From Myxococcota bacterium (lineage in GTDB: Bacteria; Myxococcota_A; UBA796; GCA-2862545), in the NCBI GenBank assembly GCA_039208735.1, contig JBCCQY010000029.1, positions 1 to 64,000 on the forward strand: a DNA stretch of 64,000 nucleotides. The letters run 5' to 3'. Position numbers and translations under genes: made by a program. The notes below the pieces were generated by a model. It saw nothing but the letters and a program-made list of their open reading frames with translations. It ran no database searches and had not been told where the DNA came from. Of the stretch, positions 10,731 through 19,082 are shown piece by piece; within the stretch, counting starts at the first letter, position 1, and every line of letters begins with the position of its first letter.

Positions 10731-12140
10731 TCAAAGCAGGTCGATGCCGCCGTTCGCCTCCAACTGTGGAAACCAAGCGGCTTGTCGCAGCGTTTGTAGA
10801 ATGGGGTCATCGGGCGAGATGTCGAGTTCGAGCCATTCGAGGGTGGGCAAGTTTGCGTGCCGAAGTACGCGTGGTCGGCCTCGTAGCGCGAGGTAGCGCA
10901 CGCCGGTGAGCCCCTGGTGGTGCTGAAGCCCTGGCGCGTTGCCGCGTTCTTGGGTGGTGAGCGACAGTGCGTGAAGGTTTGGCAAGGTGAAGTGGCGAGC
11001 CAGGTTGTCGAGGGTCCCTTCGTAGTTCCACCAACATCGCAGCCCCTTCGTGAAGGGGGCGTTCGTCAACGTCCGCAATGCACCTGGATTCGTCGGGGAG
11101 CCCGCGGTGTCGAGTTCGTGCACCTCACCAAGCCACGAGGAGTCCACGAACTCTTCGGCATTGCGGTCCTCCATGGCATTTCGGCTGAGCCGAATCGTGT
11201 GGGGTCGAAGCACCCCTTCGGCGGCGAACGGGAACCCGCCTTCGACATAGGGCAGGGCCAAATGCTCAATGGAGGCCAGCTTCGGTGAGCCGATGAGCGC
11301 GGTGGCGACAGCTTCGCTTGCGCTGTTCGACCCTACGTTTAGGCTCGTGACGTCCGTGAGTCCCGGCCAGTCCAGAAGGCATTGGAGATGCGACGCCTGC
11401 AAGGGCGGACCGGCACGTTCCTCTCGCCACCCGGGCCGTGTCGCCGTGTGTTCGCGGGCCGCATAGAGGCGGAGCGCGCGCAGCCCTCGGGGAATGAGGG
11501 CCAAGATGTCTGCAAGGCGGCCTTCATCGAGGCGAACGCCTTCGAGAGATAGCCGATCGAGCTGCCCCAGAAACGGCGAAGCCAGCAGATCAGGAAGATG
11601 GCTCGCGCTGCCTCGAACCTCGATCTCGCGGATCTGGTTCAGCCAAGGGGCCTGGGCGAGGAGCCGTCCGGCGCGGGGGCTATTGAAGCCTTTGGTGACG
11701 AGTTCGAGTCGTCGCAACGTGGAGGGAACCGTGCCCATCACAGCTCCCGATTGAATGGGCCACGGGACTTGCACCGACGTAAGGTGCGTGTGCTCCGCGA
11801 GGGCTGGGCCGTGGCGCTGGGTGAACAGCGCAAACGACTGTACTTCGGCATGCGAAAGCAACCCGCGTTCGTAATGATCCCCCCACACGACCCCTGAAAG
11901 CTTGGGCAGCTTGGCCTTCCATTCCGACCGGTGCCGTCGCCAAAGCCGGTTGCGGCGCCGCTTGGCGGGAAGCCCGCGAGGGTCGGTGGCAGGGTGGCGT
12001 GCGGCCGTCACGTCCGATTCGATGAACGCGGCGTGGGACATGTCGCCTTGGTCGGCGAGCCAATCCGCGTACACGAGGCGAAGCGCGTCGTCATCCGGGT
12101 TCGCCCGAATGGCGTCCTCGAGGGTCTTCCCGTCCATCAT
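10731..12140 (-). CDS. TIGR02996 domain + degenerate leucine-rich repeat protein
   Basis: N-terminal AIRANPDDDALRLVYADWL signature followed by LxxLxL repeats. Confidence 0.85.
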   Translation of the reverse strand: MMDGKTLEDAIRANPDDDALRLVYADWLADQGDMSHAAFIESDVTAARHPATDPRGLPAKRRRNRLWRRHRSEWKAKLPKLSGVVWGDHYERGLLSHAEVQSFALFTQRHGPALAEHTHLTSVQVPWPIQSGAVMGTVPSTLRRLELVTKGFNSPRAGRLLAQAPWLNQIREIEVRGSASHLPDLLASPFLGQLDRLSLEGVRLDEGRLADILALIPRGLRALRLYAAREHTATRPGWREERAGPPLQASHLQCLLDWPGLTDVTSLNVGSNSASEAVATALIGSPKLASIEHLALPYVEGGFPFAAEGVLRPHTIRLSRNAMEDRNAEEFVDSSWLGEVHELDTAGSPTNPGALRTLTNAPFTKGLRCWWNYEGTLDNLARHFTLPNLHALSLTTQERGNAPGLQHHQGLTGVRYLALRGRPRVLRHANLPTLEWLELDISPDDPILQTLRQAAWFPQLEANGGIDLL

Positions 12141-12197
12141 CGCAGCATACGCGTTTGCGTAGGTGTCGTCGTCGGACGCGGGCGTTACGCGTGCCGG

Positions 12198-13193
12198 ATG
12201 ACCACCGCGTTCGTCACCGGAGCGGGGAGCGGAATCGGGTTTGCCATTGCCCACCGCTTGCTCGCCCTAGGCTGGAACGTCGTGGCGACCGACAAGGAAA
12301 CGGGCCCCTGGTCCGTGGCCCTCGGTGCGCCGCGGCCCCAGCTGCGTATTCTCTCCTTGGATGTGCGGAACTCCGACCAGGTGCACGCTGCGGCCCAGGT
12401 TGCGGGCGACGTCGATCTCCTTGTCAACAATGCAGGAATTGCGATCTTCGGAACCCAGGAGGAGTCGGACCTTGATGCGGTTCGGGACCTCTTTGAGGTC
12501 AATGTGTTGGGTCCTGCACGGGTGACCCAGGCCCTGCTGCCCTCACTGCGCCAGCGCAAGGGCACCATCGTTCAGATCTCGTCGCTCGCCGGCAAAGCGG
12601 TGTTCCCGGAATCCGGGTTTTATGCAGCGACCAAGCATGCGCTGGAGGCGATGTCTGAAGCGTTGGTGCAGGAGGTGGCCCCGTTCGGGGTTCGCGTGAG
12701 GGTTGTGGAGCCGGGAGCCTACGCCACGCGCCTGCAAGACACCGCCGCGGCGGCCTCGCGCAATCCCCCGGCCGACAGCCCCTACGCAGAGCTGCGCCCG
12801 GTCTGGGATGCCCGGCGAGAGGAGACCCTTACGGCGGGCGGGGCCCCCGATGAAGTCGCTCAGGCAGTGGTGGCCTCACTCGAGGACCCGGCTCCCTTCG
12901 CGCGCTTGGCCGTAGGCGTCGATGCCGCACACATCCTCGATCTTAGGAACGAGCTTGGCGATGCGGCGTTTGTGCAGCTTTCCATTGAGCGCAACGGCGG
13001 GCCGGCGAGCGATCGAGGTCCCGCGCACGTTCGGTCTCCTCAAGAGGTGCTCTCAGCCCCGGATCACGTCCTCGAACCCACCCGAGCTGCCTATGTCCAT
13101 GGGCACCTTGGACACTGGGCGGAGGGGGAAGACGGCCAAGAAGCGTTGTCGCGTCTTGAAGCGCTTTCCGGGTCGCGTGGAGCGAACACCTAG
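12198..13193 (+). CDS. Short-chain dehydrogenase/reductase
   Basis: TGAGSGIG, LVNNAG, catalytic S and YAATK. Confidence 0.93.
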   Translation: MTTAFVTGAGSGIGFAIAHRLLALGWNVVATDKETGPWSVALGAPRPQLRILSLDVRNSDQVHAAAQVAGDVDLLVNNAGIAIFGTQEESDLDAVRDLFEVNVLGPARVTQALLPSLRQRKGTIVQISSLAGKAVFPESGFYAATKHALEAMSEALVQEVAPFGVRVRVVEPGAYATRLQDTAAAASRNPPADSPYAELRPVWDARREETLTAGGAPDEVAQAVVASLEDPAPFARLAVGVDAAHILDLRNELGDAAFVQLSIERNGGPASDRGPAHVRSPQEVLSAPDHVLEPTRAAYVHGHLGHWAEGEDGQEALSRLEALSGSRGANT

Positions 13194-13612
13194 GCGGCGG
13201 GAACTCGCATCGCGTGGGTGCGAGCCTCTTCAATGGCGGCCCGGAATCGCAGGGGGGCCTGGGCGTTAGGAAAGTCGATCGTGCCACTGCCGGTTCCCGC
13301 AATCGAAATCTGGCCGTAGCCAAAGATCTGACCCCAGAACGTGCGGTGGAGATTGACCTCTTCGACCGTGTCGAGCGGCAGTTCCTCCGTCCTCACCGAA
13401 AACAGCCCTTGCTTGAAGACGATCCGGCGGGACGTGACCACCATCTCGCTCGTCCAGGCCCGGACTTCGCGGTCGATGAAGACGAGAATGCCCACAAGTA
13501 GGATGCCGAGCGTGAGTAGCCAGATCCAGCTCACCAAGTGGTACACGAGGGGAAAGCGCGCACGATGGATGACAACTTCATCGCGGCTCAAGCTTCGTGT
13601 GACGTAGGACAT
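13190..13612 (-). CDS. Bacterial PH-domain (bPH_2-like) membrane protein
   Basis: TM segment, then EMVVTSRRIVFKQGLF...GQIFGYGQI..GTG pattern. Confidence 0.8.
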   Translation of the reverse strand: MSYVTRSLSRDEVVIHRARFPLVYHLVSWIWLLTLGILLVGILVFIDREVRAWTSEMVVTSRRIVFKQGLFSVRTEELPLDTVEEVNLHRTFWGQIFGYGQISIAGTGSGTIDFPNAQAPLRFRAAIEEARTHAMRVPAA

Positions 13613-13763
13613 GGGTTCGTTGACCTCACTTTCGGGTCACGCTCCTCTCTCCTCCGCCTCGCGCGAAACGCGCGACTCTCTCCTCACCGTGAGCGTGTGC
13701 CCTTCGGTGATCCTATCTTGCGGAGACGAGTCAGGCCGGTAGGCCGAGCCGTTATCCGGTCGC

Positions 13764-14708
13764 ATGCTCCCCAGCCTCCACAAGTTTGCCGAGCGGCCAG
13801 AGTGGGTTTCGGAGTCGGCAGGGCACGTTCGGTTTCGGATGCCTTTGGCGTCGGTCGACGCAGGCGTGCTGTACGCGTTCCTTGGCGCGATCATTCCCTG
13901 GATGCCGTTCTTGGCCATTGGAGCGTACGGTTTGGCCCTTGCCATCGACGCTCAGATTCGTCAGTGGCGACGGCGGAGTCTGGTGGTGACACCGGACCAG
14001 TTGGTGCTGGGCCGGCAGGCCATCCCCCGGGAGCGGGTGCGTGCGATCACCACGCGCTGGTCCGGGCAGCACTGGGATCTGCGCTTCGACACGGAGGACG
14101 GAGCGGTCACCTGGGCGGGGCTCGGCATTACCTCAGCCGAGTTGTCGTGGGTCCTCGCCTATTTGCGGGCGTGGTCATCGCGGGCCGAGCCCGAGCGAAC
14201 CATCACCCCGCGCCTTGAAGAACGAGGGATTGGGGGCGAGATCCACGGGTCTGCGTGGCCGCTCGACGTGGTCGATCTGGTGGCGACGGTCGGCTTCGCC
14301 GCAGGCTACCTGGCCGTGGTTCCGTTGGCCACGGGCCTCGCCATGAAGGGGCTGCTCTCGGGGCTCGGCGTGGGGTTGGGCCTCGCGTTTGGGCGTCGGC
14401 TCTATGCATGGACCGACGTCGAGCTGCGTGCCCAGGCCATGACGATTCGAACCAAGGGCTTTCAGACCCGACAGTTCACGTTGGCCTACGAAGACATCGT
14501 GCACGTGAGGGCCACGCGTTCCCGGTTGCACCTCACGCTGCGGGATGGTCGGACGCTTCGCGTTCGGACGGGCGAGGCCCCGGGGCTCGCGGAGACCATT
14601 CGCGAACTCCGGGTCGCGTTGGCGCGAGAAGAGCCTCGGACCGCTCCCGTCGGAGATCGACGCGCCTTGGAACGGGTTCTCAAGGCGCAAGAGACGCTCA
14701 AGCGATGA
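13764..14708 (+). CDS. Hypothetical membrane protein with two TM-hairpin + PH-like units
   Basis: Two hydrophobic hairpins, each followed by a beta-rich segment. Confidence 0.6.
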   Translation: MLPSLHKFAERPEWVSESAGHVRFRMPLASVDAGVLYAFLGAIIPWMPFLAIGAYGLALAIDAQIRQWRRRSLVVTPDQLVLGRQAIPRERVRAITTRWSGQHWDLRFDTEDGAVTWAGLGITSAELSWVLAYLRAWSSRAEPERTITPRLEERGIGGEIHGSAWPLDVVDLVATVGFAAGYLAVVPLATGLAMKGLLSGLGVGLGLAFGRRLYAWTDVELRAQAMTIRTKGFQTRQFTLAYEDIVHVRATRSRLHLTLRDGRTLRVRTGEAPGLAETIRELRVALAREEPRTAPVGDRRALERVLKAQETLKR

Positions 14709-15153
14709 GCGCGATGGTGTGCTCACGACCCTGAAAATCGAAGCTGTCACCCTGCTCGAGCCCCGCCATCGCCAAGATGATCGGGGCGTGGGGGGACACG
14801 CCGAGGAACGTGATGCCTTCGCATTCGAAAGCGGCGGTCGGGGCAGCGATGATCAGACACCGCTCGGAGCCCTCGAGCTTCACGATGGCCCCGGGTTCGA
14901 CGACATCCCGAGGTTCGAAGGGCGTGGCTTCGATGAGGTCGATGTGGTGCTGATGGTCGTGGACCTGGTGCTCGTACTGCTCGGCGATGTTGGTGTTCGT
15001 TGCCGACTGGGCGAGGTCGTCTTCTTCAACCGTCATGTCGCGGTCGATTCGCACCTCGTTCAGCCACATTTGATAGCTCTGCTCGGCGGTCGCGATGACT
15101 TCGGCTTCAAGTTCGAGCATTTTATTCTTCAGCACAAGCTTATTGATGGCCAT
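14698..15153 (-). CDS. GreA/GreB-like protein (helical N-terminus + GreA-type C-terminal domain)
   Basis: VVEPGAIV and GVSPHAPIILAMAGLEQGD resemble the GreA/B C-terminus. Confidence 0.65.
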   Translation of the reverse strand: MAINKLVLKNKMLELEAEVIATAEQSYQMWLNEVRIDRDMTVEEDDLAQSATNTNIAEQYEHQVHDHQHHIDLIEATPFEPRDVVEPGAIVKLEGSERCLIIAAPTAAFECEGITFLGVSPHAPIILAMAGLEQGDSFDFQGREHTIALIA

Positions 15154-15163
15154 CGATTCTCCG

Positions 15164-15550
15164 TTAGCTTCGTCGAATGCGTAAGCGAATGGGACCCTTC
15201 GCCGTCGATGGATCGACGACACGTCCCTTCTGGGTGATCTCGATTTCACCGGCCGCAACCAGTCGTCGAGCCGCTTGACGCGTACGCTCCATCCACTCGC
15301 GCCACGCTTCGTGACCCTCTTGCGCCGCGATGGCCCGGGTGACTTCGCTGGGGCAGATGGTCGCGCCGGAGGAACGAGCGGCGAGCAGGTCTCGAATACC
15401 GGTTTCGAGCTTTGCATCGAGGGGGCCCAGTTTGGCCTTACGGCACCCCTTGGAACAGTATTTGACAGCGTCCCAGTCGCGAGCCCACTTGGCCCGCCAT
15501 TCGATCGTTCGGCCGCACACCACACAATGTTTCGAGGCTCGCTCGCTCAT
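15164..15550 (-). CDS. DUF2256 + DUF3253 domain protein
   Basis: CVVCGRTIEWRAKWARDWDAVKYCSKGCR (DUF2256-like); TICPSEV...KGPIRLR (DUF3253-like). Confidence 0.85.
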   Translation of the reverse strand: MSERASKHCVVCGRTIEWRAKWARDWDAVKYCSKGCRKAKLGPLDAKLETGIRDLLAARSSGATICPSEVTRAIAAQEGHEAWREWMERTRQAARRLVAAGEIEITQKGRVVDPSTAKGPIRLRIRRS

Positions 15551-17037
15551 TCTCCCTCATCGAGATGCAGATGTGGGACGGCATTGCCCACCACCTCGAT
15601 CGTATGGTTTGGACGCGTCTTGGTGAGCAACTTCGTGAGATCGACGCCAAGTTCTGAAAGTTCGGCGAGGTGACGACGTTGCCGGGCATCGCGAGCCTCG
15701 GCGACGGCTTCGGTCTGCTCGGCGTCGAGCCGCGCTCGTTGTCGGGCCACCGTGTTGCGCTTCGTCTGAAGCTCCAGGTCCAGTTCGGTCCGGGACCGCT
15801 CCTCCTCCCGTTCCTTGTCCGCACGCGACAACCGCCGGTCAAGCTTGAAGTCTTCGAGTTCTTCGGCTTGCTGCTGCGTGGCCCGTTCGAGCTGCAGGCG
15901 AACGCGGGACTCGGTGGCTTCATCATGCAGGCGTTGCAAGGCGGGGGGAGCGCCGTAGCCGCGGTACACGACCTTGTCGATGCGGTAGCCGCATTGCGTC
16001 GCCCGCGACACGAGCTGGGGGTAGCTGTCGAGCGTATTCAGCGCCGTCGTGTGCGACTTGAACGCATCGAGCGTGCGTTGGCCGACGAAGTCGATGACGT
16101 CGCTCGTGGCCGCATTGACGAAGTCTCCGATCGGATCGTGGGTCGTGACGAGCATGCGTTCGATGTCGACGAGTTCGAAGAACAGCATGAGCCGGATGGT
16201 GAGCACCGCGTCGTCGGCGGTGCGCACGTCAACCACGTCGTGGTACATCTGATCGGGCATCAACCAGAGTTTTTGGAAGGTCAACCCGCCGGGCACCTTC
16301 TGGAAGGTGTTCGCGTCGGGCGAAGGCCCGTGCCACACAAAGGTGTGCAGCCACTCCCCGGGGCCTGGAACCAACGTGGCGGGTCCGTGTTCGATGCGGC
16401 GTGAGATCGAGCGGTCTTCCTCTTCGGACTCGCTGTAGACGACGACGGCTTCCTTGTCGGCGAGCTGGACCGCCTCCTCCTTGTCGACCGACAGGTGGAT
16501 GCGAGGGTCGAACCAGCAGTGTGCGGGACCTGCGAGGTGCTGCTGGCTGCCGTCCCGAAACCGTACGACCAAGAAGTCGCCGGGGTGAGCCACGTAGTGA
16601 TTCATGGGTCGAATCTTCCGACCCCACGTCAGGATCCGCTTAGGGCCTTCGACGATGTCGACGTTCCCCCGGCGGTCGGTGACGATCACGCGCTGACCGT
16701 CTTCGACGGTGTAGAACCACATGGAAGACCTTCCAGATTGGACTTGCACATCGAAACCACCGTGGTCGGCGGCGGGGGGAGGGGATGGCGCCCGGCGGTT
16801 AAGGGAGCGTCGTCCGCGGGTCTGAACGCTGCTCTCAGATTCGATTTGTTCAGCCGCAAAACCGCCAAACACTTCGTCTTGGTCGGCTTTGTCGAGCGCA
16901 TTGAGCATCTGCCGCATCACCGGAGCGGCCGCCTGGGCGAGTTCCGCCCGCTGCTGGATGGGGGGCTCCGCGGATACGTTCCGCATGCCCTCTTGCACGG
17001 CTCCCGCCTTCTTCGAATACCGGTAGTTGCGGGCCAA
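15547..17037 (-). CDS. SPFH/band-7 protein with major-vault-protein-like repeats and C-terminal coiled coil
   Basis: Short beta repeats ending in GP; AVVVY...RRIEHGPATLVPGPGE; PDQMYHDVVDVRTADDAVLTIRL shoulder-like segment; long charged helix. TTG start uncertain. Confidence 0.7.
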   Translation of the reverse strand: MARNYRYSKKAGAVQEGMRNVSAEPPIQQRAELAQAAAPVMRQMLNALDKADQDEVFGGFAAEQIESESSVQTRGRRSLNRRAPSPPPAADHGGFDVQVQSGRSSMWFYTVEDGQRVIVTDRRGNVDIVEGPKRILTWGRKIRPMNHYVAHPGDFLVVRFRDGSQQHLAGPAHCWFDPRIHLSVDKEEAVQLADKEAVVVYSESEEEDRSISRRIEHGPATLVPGPGEWLHTFVWHGPSPDANTFQKVPGGLTFQKLWLMPDQMYHDVVDVRTADDAVLTIRLMLFFELVDIERMLVTTHDPIGDFVNAATSDVIDFVGQRTLDAFKSHTTALNTLDSYPQLVSRATQCGYRIDKVVYRGYGAPPALQRLHDEATESRVRLQLERATQQQAEELEDFKLDRRLSRADKEREEERSRTELDLELQTKRNTVARQRARLDAEQTEAVAEARDARQRRHLAELSELGVDLTKLLTKTRPNHTIEVVGNAVPHLHLDEGE

Positions 17038-17040
17038 GGG

Positions 17041-17754
17041 CTAGGCTGCCTTGAGGTCTTCGAGCGACATCGCGATCAAGGGATGGTTCGGGAACTGCTC
17101 GTCCACCTCGTTGAGCACCGCGATGCCATCGTCGATCCGATCGAGCCGTTGCAAGGCTTCTACGTAGGCCAATGCCGCCCCCAGCGGGTCGGGGCGTAGC
17201 TTCACGCTCACGTCATCGGTGATGGGCAGATCGAGCGCGAGGTCTCGTTCGGACTGTGCGAAAACCTGTCCCATGGTGCTGCGGTCCACGTAGGCCAGGC
17301 GCAACAGGCTCGTCGCGGCGGTGGCCCCGTCTTCCTGGCGCAGCCGCAGCAACCCTGCGAGAAAGGCGGCATCCGCGAGGTGGGTCAGCCCCTGAAGCTG
17401 TTCGAGCGCGGTCGCTTCGTCGCCTGCGGCAGCGGCGTCGCAGGCCGCGGCAAACTGCTCCTTTTCGGCGTCGGACACTTCGATCCAAGGGGTTTCGATG
17501 GCGGTGGAGGCATCTGGCGCAGCCGTCTCCTCGGCGCCCTTGGCCTCCTTCTTTTTCGCCTCTCCCCCGGTGCCGAACTTGTGCGTATAGTGCAGCCCGG
17601 TGCCCGGGACGCCCACGGTCATACGGCTTCCGGATGTTCCGATCGTGTACTTTGCGCCTTTCGGACCGATGGAAAGCGAGAAGCCCGTCTTGCTGATGTT
17701 CAGCGTCACCCCAGGAGCAATCTTGAACCGCCGCCAGAACCGAACCGAACCCAT
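17041..17754 (-). CDS. DUF4236 domain protein with TPR-like C-terminus
   Basis: RFWRRFKIAPGVTLNISKTGFSLSIG...GVPGTGLHY signature. Confidence 0.85.
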   Translation of the reverse strand: MGSVRFWRRFKIAPGVTLNISKTGFSLSIGPKGAKYTIGTSGSRMTVGVPGTGLHYTHKFGTGGEAKKKEAKGAEETAAPDASTAIETPWIEVSDAEKEQFAAACDAAAAGDEATALEQLQGLTHLADAAFLAGLLRLRQEDGATAATSLLRLAYVDRSTMGQVFAQSERDLALDLPITDDVSVKLRPDPLGAALAYVEALQRLDRIDDGIAVLNEVDEQFPNHPLIAMSLEDLKAA

Positions 17755-17893
17755 GCGTTGCGCCCTCCGGGACTCGTCCCTCGCAAGCCCAGAACCAAGC
17801 CTATGCGTTGGTCCCGGACGTGGCCACCGAAGGGATCGGGAAGGAGGGCCTACTGGGCTGGTCGCCGATCGGGGCAAGCGATACACCGGGCGC

Positions 17894-18628
17894 ATGTTGC
17901 ACCCCGGATTGCGCCTTCCAAACGTTCTCGCGCGGCCCCTCCTCGTCGGGATGGTGGGCGCCCTCTTTGCGACCTCTCTGGCGTGTGCGGGGCTCTTGCC
18001 CGAAACGCCATCGCTTCCCGAGCCGGAGCCTCGGGTTGTCGAAGACAAGGAGGAACTCATCTACTTTTACGTGCCGGGCGACCGCGAAGTAGATGACGCT
18101 CGATTCTCGGAATGGGAAGTCGGAAACCGGCTGTACGTGGGCGTGCATGACGTGAACCTGCGGGAGTCCGAGAACACCTCGTCGAGTGTCATTCGGACCT
18201 TGCCGCTGGGCATGCAAGTCGAGATCTTGGAGGCCGGCCCCGTGCAGGTGCTGACCCAGCGCCGCAACCAGTGGTACCGCGTGCGGACGCCACTGTCTGT
18301 CGAGGGGTGGGTGTTCGGGGCGGTACTGTCGCCCGTGCGGGTCATGCTGCCCGGTTCACAGGGAGGCGATGCGCCTGCGGTGATCACCTTCAACCCCGAC
18401 TTTGGTCCTCGGGTCCGCGTTCGCGATCCCAGTGCGGGAGAGGTAGGCCGGGAATGGTCGCTCGACGTCGAACCCACGAGCGAGTTCGTGGGCGGCGTGC
18501 TCACCGCGACGGAAGAGCCGGTCGGTAACGACAGCCAGCTCGTCATCGAACAGTGCGACGCGGCGACCAAACGTTGTGGAACGGCCCGGGTCCGGATCGT
18601 CGACGGCGAGCTTGTTGCCGTCGACTAG
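17894..18628 (+). CDS. SH3b-domain putative lipoprotein
   Basis: Lipobox-like SLAC; VNLRE...VIRTL..G..V...WYRV...EGWVFG. Confidence 0.75.
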   Translation: MLHPGLRLPNVLARPLLVGMVGALFATSLACAGLLPETPSLPEPEPRVVEDKEELIYFYVPGDREVDDARFSEWEVGNRLYVGVHDVNLRESENTSSSVIRTLPLGMQVEILEAGPVQVLTQRRNQWYRVRTPLSVEGWVFGAVLSPVRVMLPGSQGGDAPAVITFNPDFGPRVRVRDPSAGEVGREWSLDVEPTSEFVGGVLTATEEPVGNDSQLVIEQCDAATKRCGTARVRIVDGELVAVD

Positions 18629-18641
18629 AAAACCGTAGTTT

Positions 18642-19070
18642 CTAGACGGCTTCTGCGGTCTCTGCTTCCGCTTCCTCTTCGCGGTTGAACATCGACAGGA
18701 ACAACTCCTCCGCCGCGCCGAGCAGCTCGAGCATGCGTGAGAACACGGCTGCCGTTTGATCGTGGCTCTCGACCAGCGTTTCGATGGTGGCCCAGACCTT
18801 GTCGCCCACCGCAAACACCTTCGCGGCCTTGACCTCTGCCGTCACGTGGCTTGCGATGATGCTGACCCGGTCCAAGTCGAGCGAGTCATCGATCGTCGCA
18901 AAGTTCGGAAGGATCATCCGAAAGTAGTGGTGGTCGTTTAAGTCGAGCGCGATCACGAACGTCCGATGACCGTGCTGGAACGTCACGAAGTTATCGCCGG
19001 TCTCCGAGATCGGGTAGCCCTCGCGGGCCAGAAACGCTGTCAAATACTCGAGGTTCGCCGTGGTTTCCAT
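18642..19070 (-). CDS. YbjN/T3SS-chaperone-fold small acidic protein
   Basis: 142 aa, acidic, helix-strands-helix pattern (FLAREGY...YFRMILPNF...VKAAKV...). Starts 12 bp after the PKS stop. Confidence 0.65.
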   Translation of the reverse strand: METTANLEYLTAFLAREGYPISETGDNFVTFQHGHRTFVIALDLNDHHYFRMILPNFATIDDSLDLDRVSIIASHVTAEVKAAKVFAVGDKVWATIETLVESHDQTAAVFSRMLELLGAAEELFLSMFNREEEAEAETAEAV

Positions 19071-19082
19071 GCCTTCCCCCGC

